Of a stretch of 64,000 bases of DNA, positions 63,539 through 64,000 are shown one piece after another; position 1 is the first letter of the stretch; every line of letters begins with the position of its first letter. Origin of the DNA: an uncultured Anaerolineales bacterium (GTDB lineage Bacteria; Chloroflexota; Anaerolineae; Anaerolineales; RBG-16-64-43); contig CAYGXJ010000118.1 in the NCBI GenBank assembly GCA_964353865.1, positions 2,049 to 66,048 on the forward strand. The letters run 5' to 3'. Both the position numbers and the translations under genes were made by a program. The notes below the pieces were generated by a model that was not told where the DNA came from, searched no databases, and saw only the letters and a list, made by a program, of their open reading frames with translations.

Positions 63539-64000
63539 GTGGATATCGCGTCTCCTCTCCTTGCACCGGTCGTCGCTGCTCTTGTCGGCCTAGCTGTTTG
63601 GTTTGTCCAGTCCAGGGTCGACGCTGTCCGCCAGGCCGAGTCCCGACTTCGCGACGAACGCCGTAAGATCTACGCCGATCTCATCGGCCCATTCATCAAT
63701 GGGCTCTCCATTCCCGACGCACAACGCACACGCAAGCCATATGACCCCATAGCCCTGAAGAAGGCGGCCTTTGAGGTCAGCCTCGTCTCCATGATCGCAG
63801 CAGTTCTCGTCTTGGTCGGTGGGTGCAATCCGCTGCGCGGACCCGTTATCGATGAGAGAGATGATGGGGTCATCCGCGGGACCTTGTCGGTGAGTCGCGG
63901 CAAGTATCGCGAGGGAGAAACGGTCAAAGTCGTCTTCACGATCAAGAACGTCTCGGATCAGCGTGTGCTCCTCCGGCGAGAGGACGCGTTCGTTCAAGAC
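63539..64000 (+). CDS. Hypothetical membrane protein running off the window (absent from the ORF track)
   Basis: GTG after AAGGGGG; MDIASPLLAPVVAALVGLAVWFVQSR...LRDERRKIYADL...MIAAVLVLVGGCNP...KYREGETVKVVFTIKNVSD; no stop before 64000. Confidence 0.65.
   Translation, partial: MDIASPLLAPVVAALVGLAVWFVQSRVDAVRQAESRLRDERRKIYADLIGPFINGLSIPDAQRTRKPYDPIALKKAAFEVSLVSMIAAVLVLVGGCNPLRGPVIDERDDGVIRGTLSVSRGKYREGETVKVVFTIKNVSDQRVLLRREDAFVQD

Noticed and set aside
63590-63997. 135-aa minus-strand ORF in the track
   Set aside because: It is the antisense shadow of the plus-strand ORF from 63539, which has a ribosome-binding site and a sensible membrane-protein pattern.

Overview
High-GC bacterial chromosome segment, probably Chloroflexota/Anaerolineae (inferred from protein sequence style, not from a search). 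About 2.9-31 kb on the minus strand is core housekeeping: aspS, a 6S RNA, rpoB with no rpoC after it, and the str-S10-spc-alpha ribosomal protein superoperon through truA-rplM-rpsI, with infA missing from its usual slot. About 35-47.5 kb is a doubled phosphate locus: PhoB/PhoR-like regulators, arsC, two pstSCAB sets, an extra pstB and two phoU. About 47.6-58.3 kb holds metabolic genes, a two-component module and corA. From 58.3 kb to the window end is the most unusual part: a decaying integron gene-cassette array with at least five attC sites and no integrase. Four of the attC sites carry members of a ~23-55 bp GC-rich micro-insertion family. An IS110/IS1111 remnant sits at a sixth attC-like end, and its non-coding end contains bridge/seekRNA-like guide segments matching attC and its own terminus.
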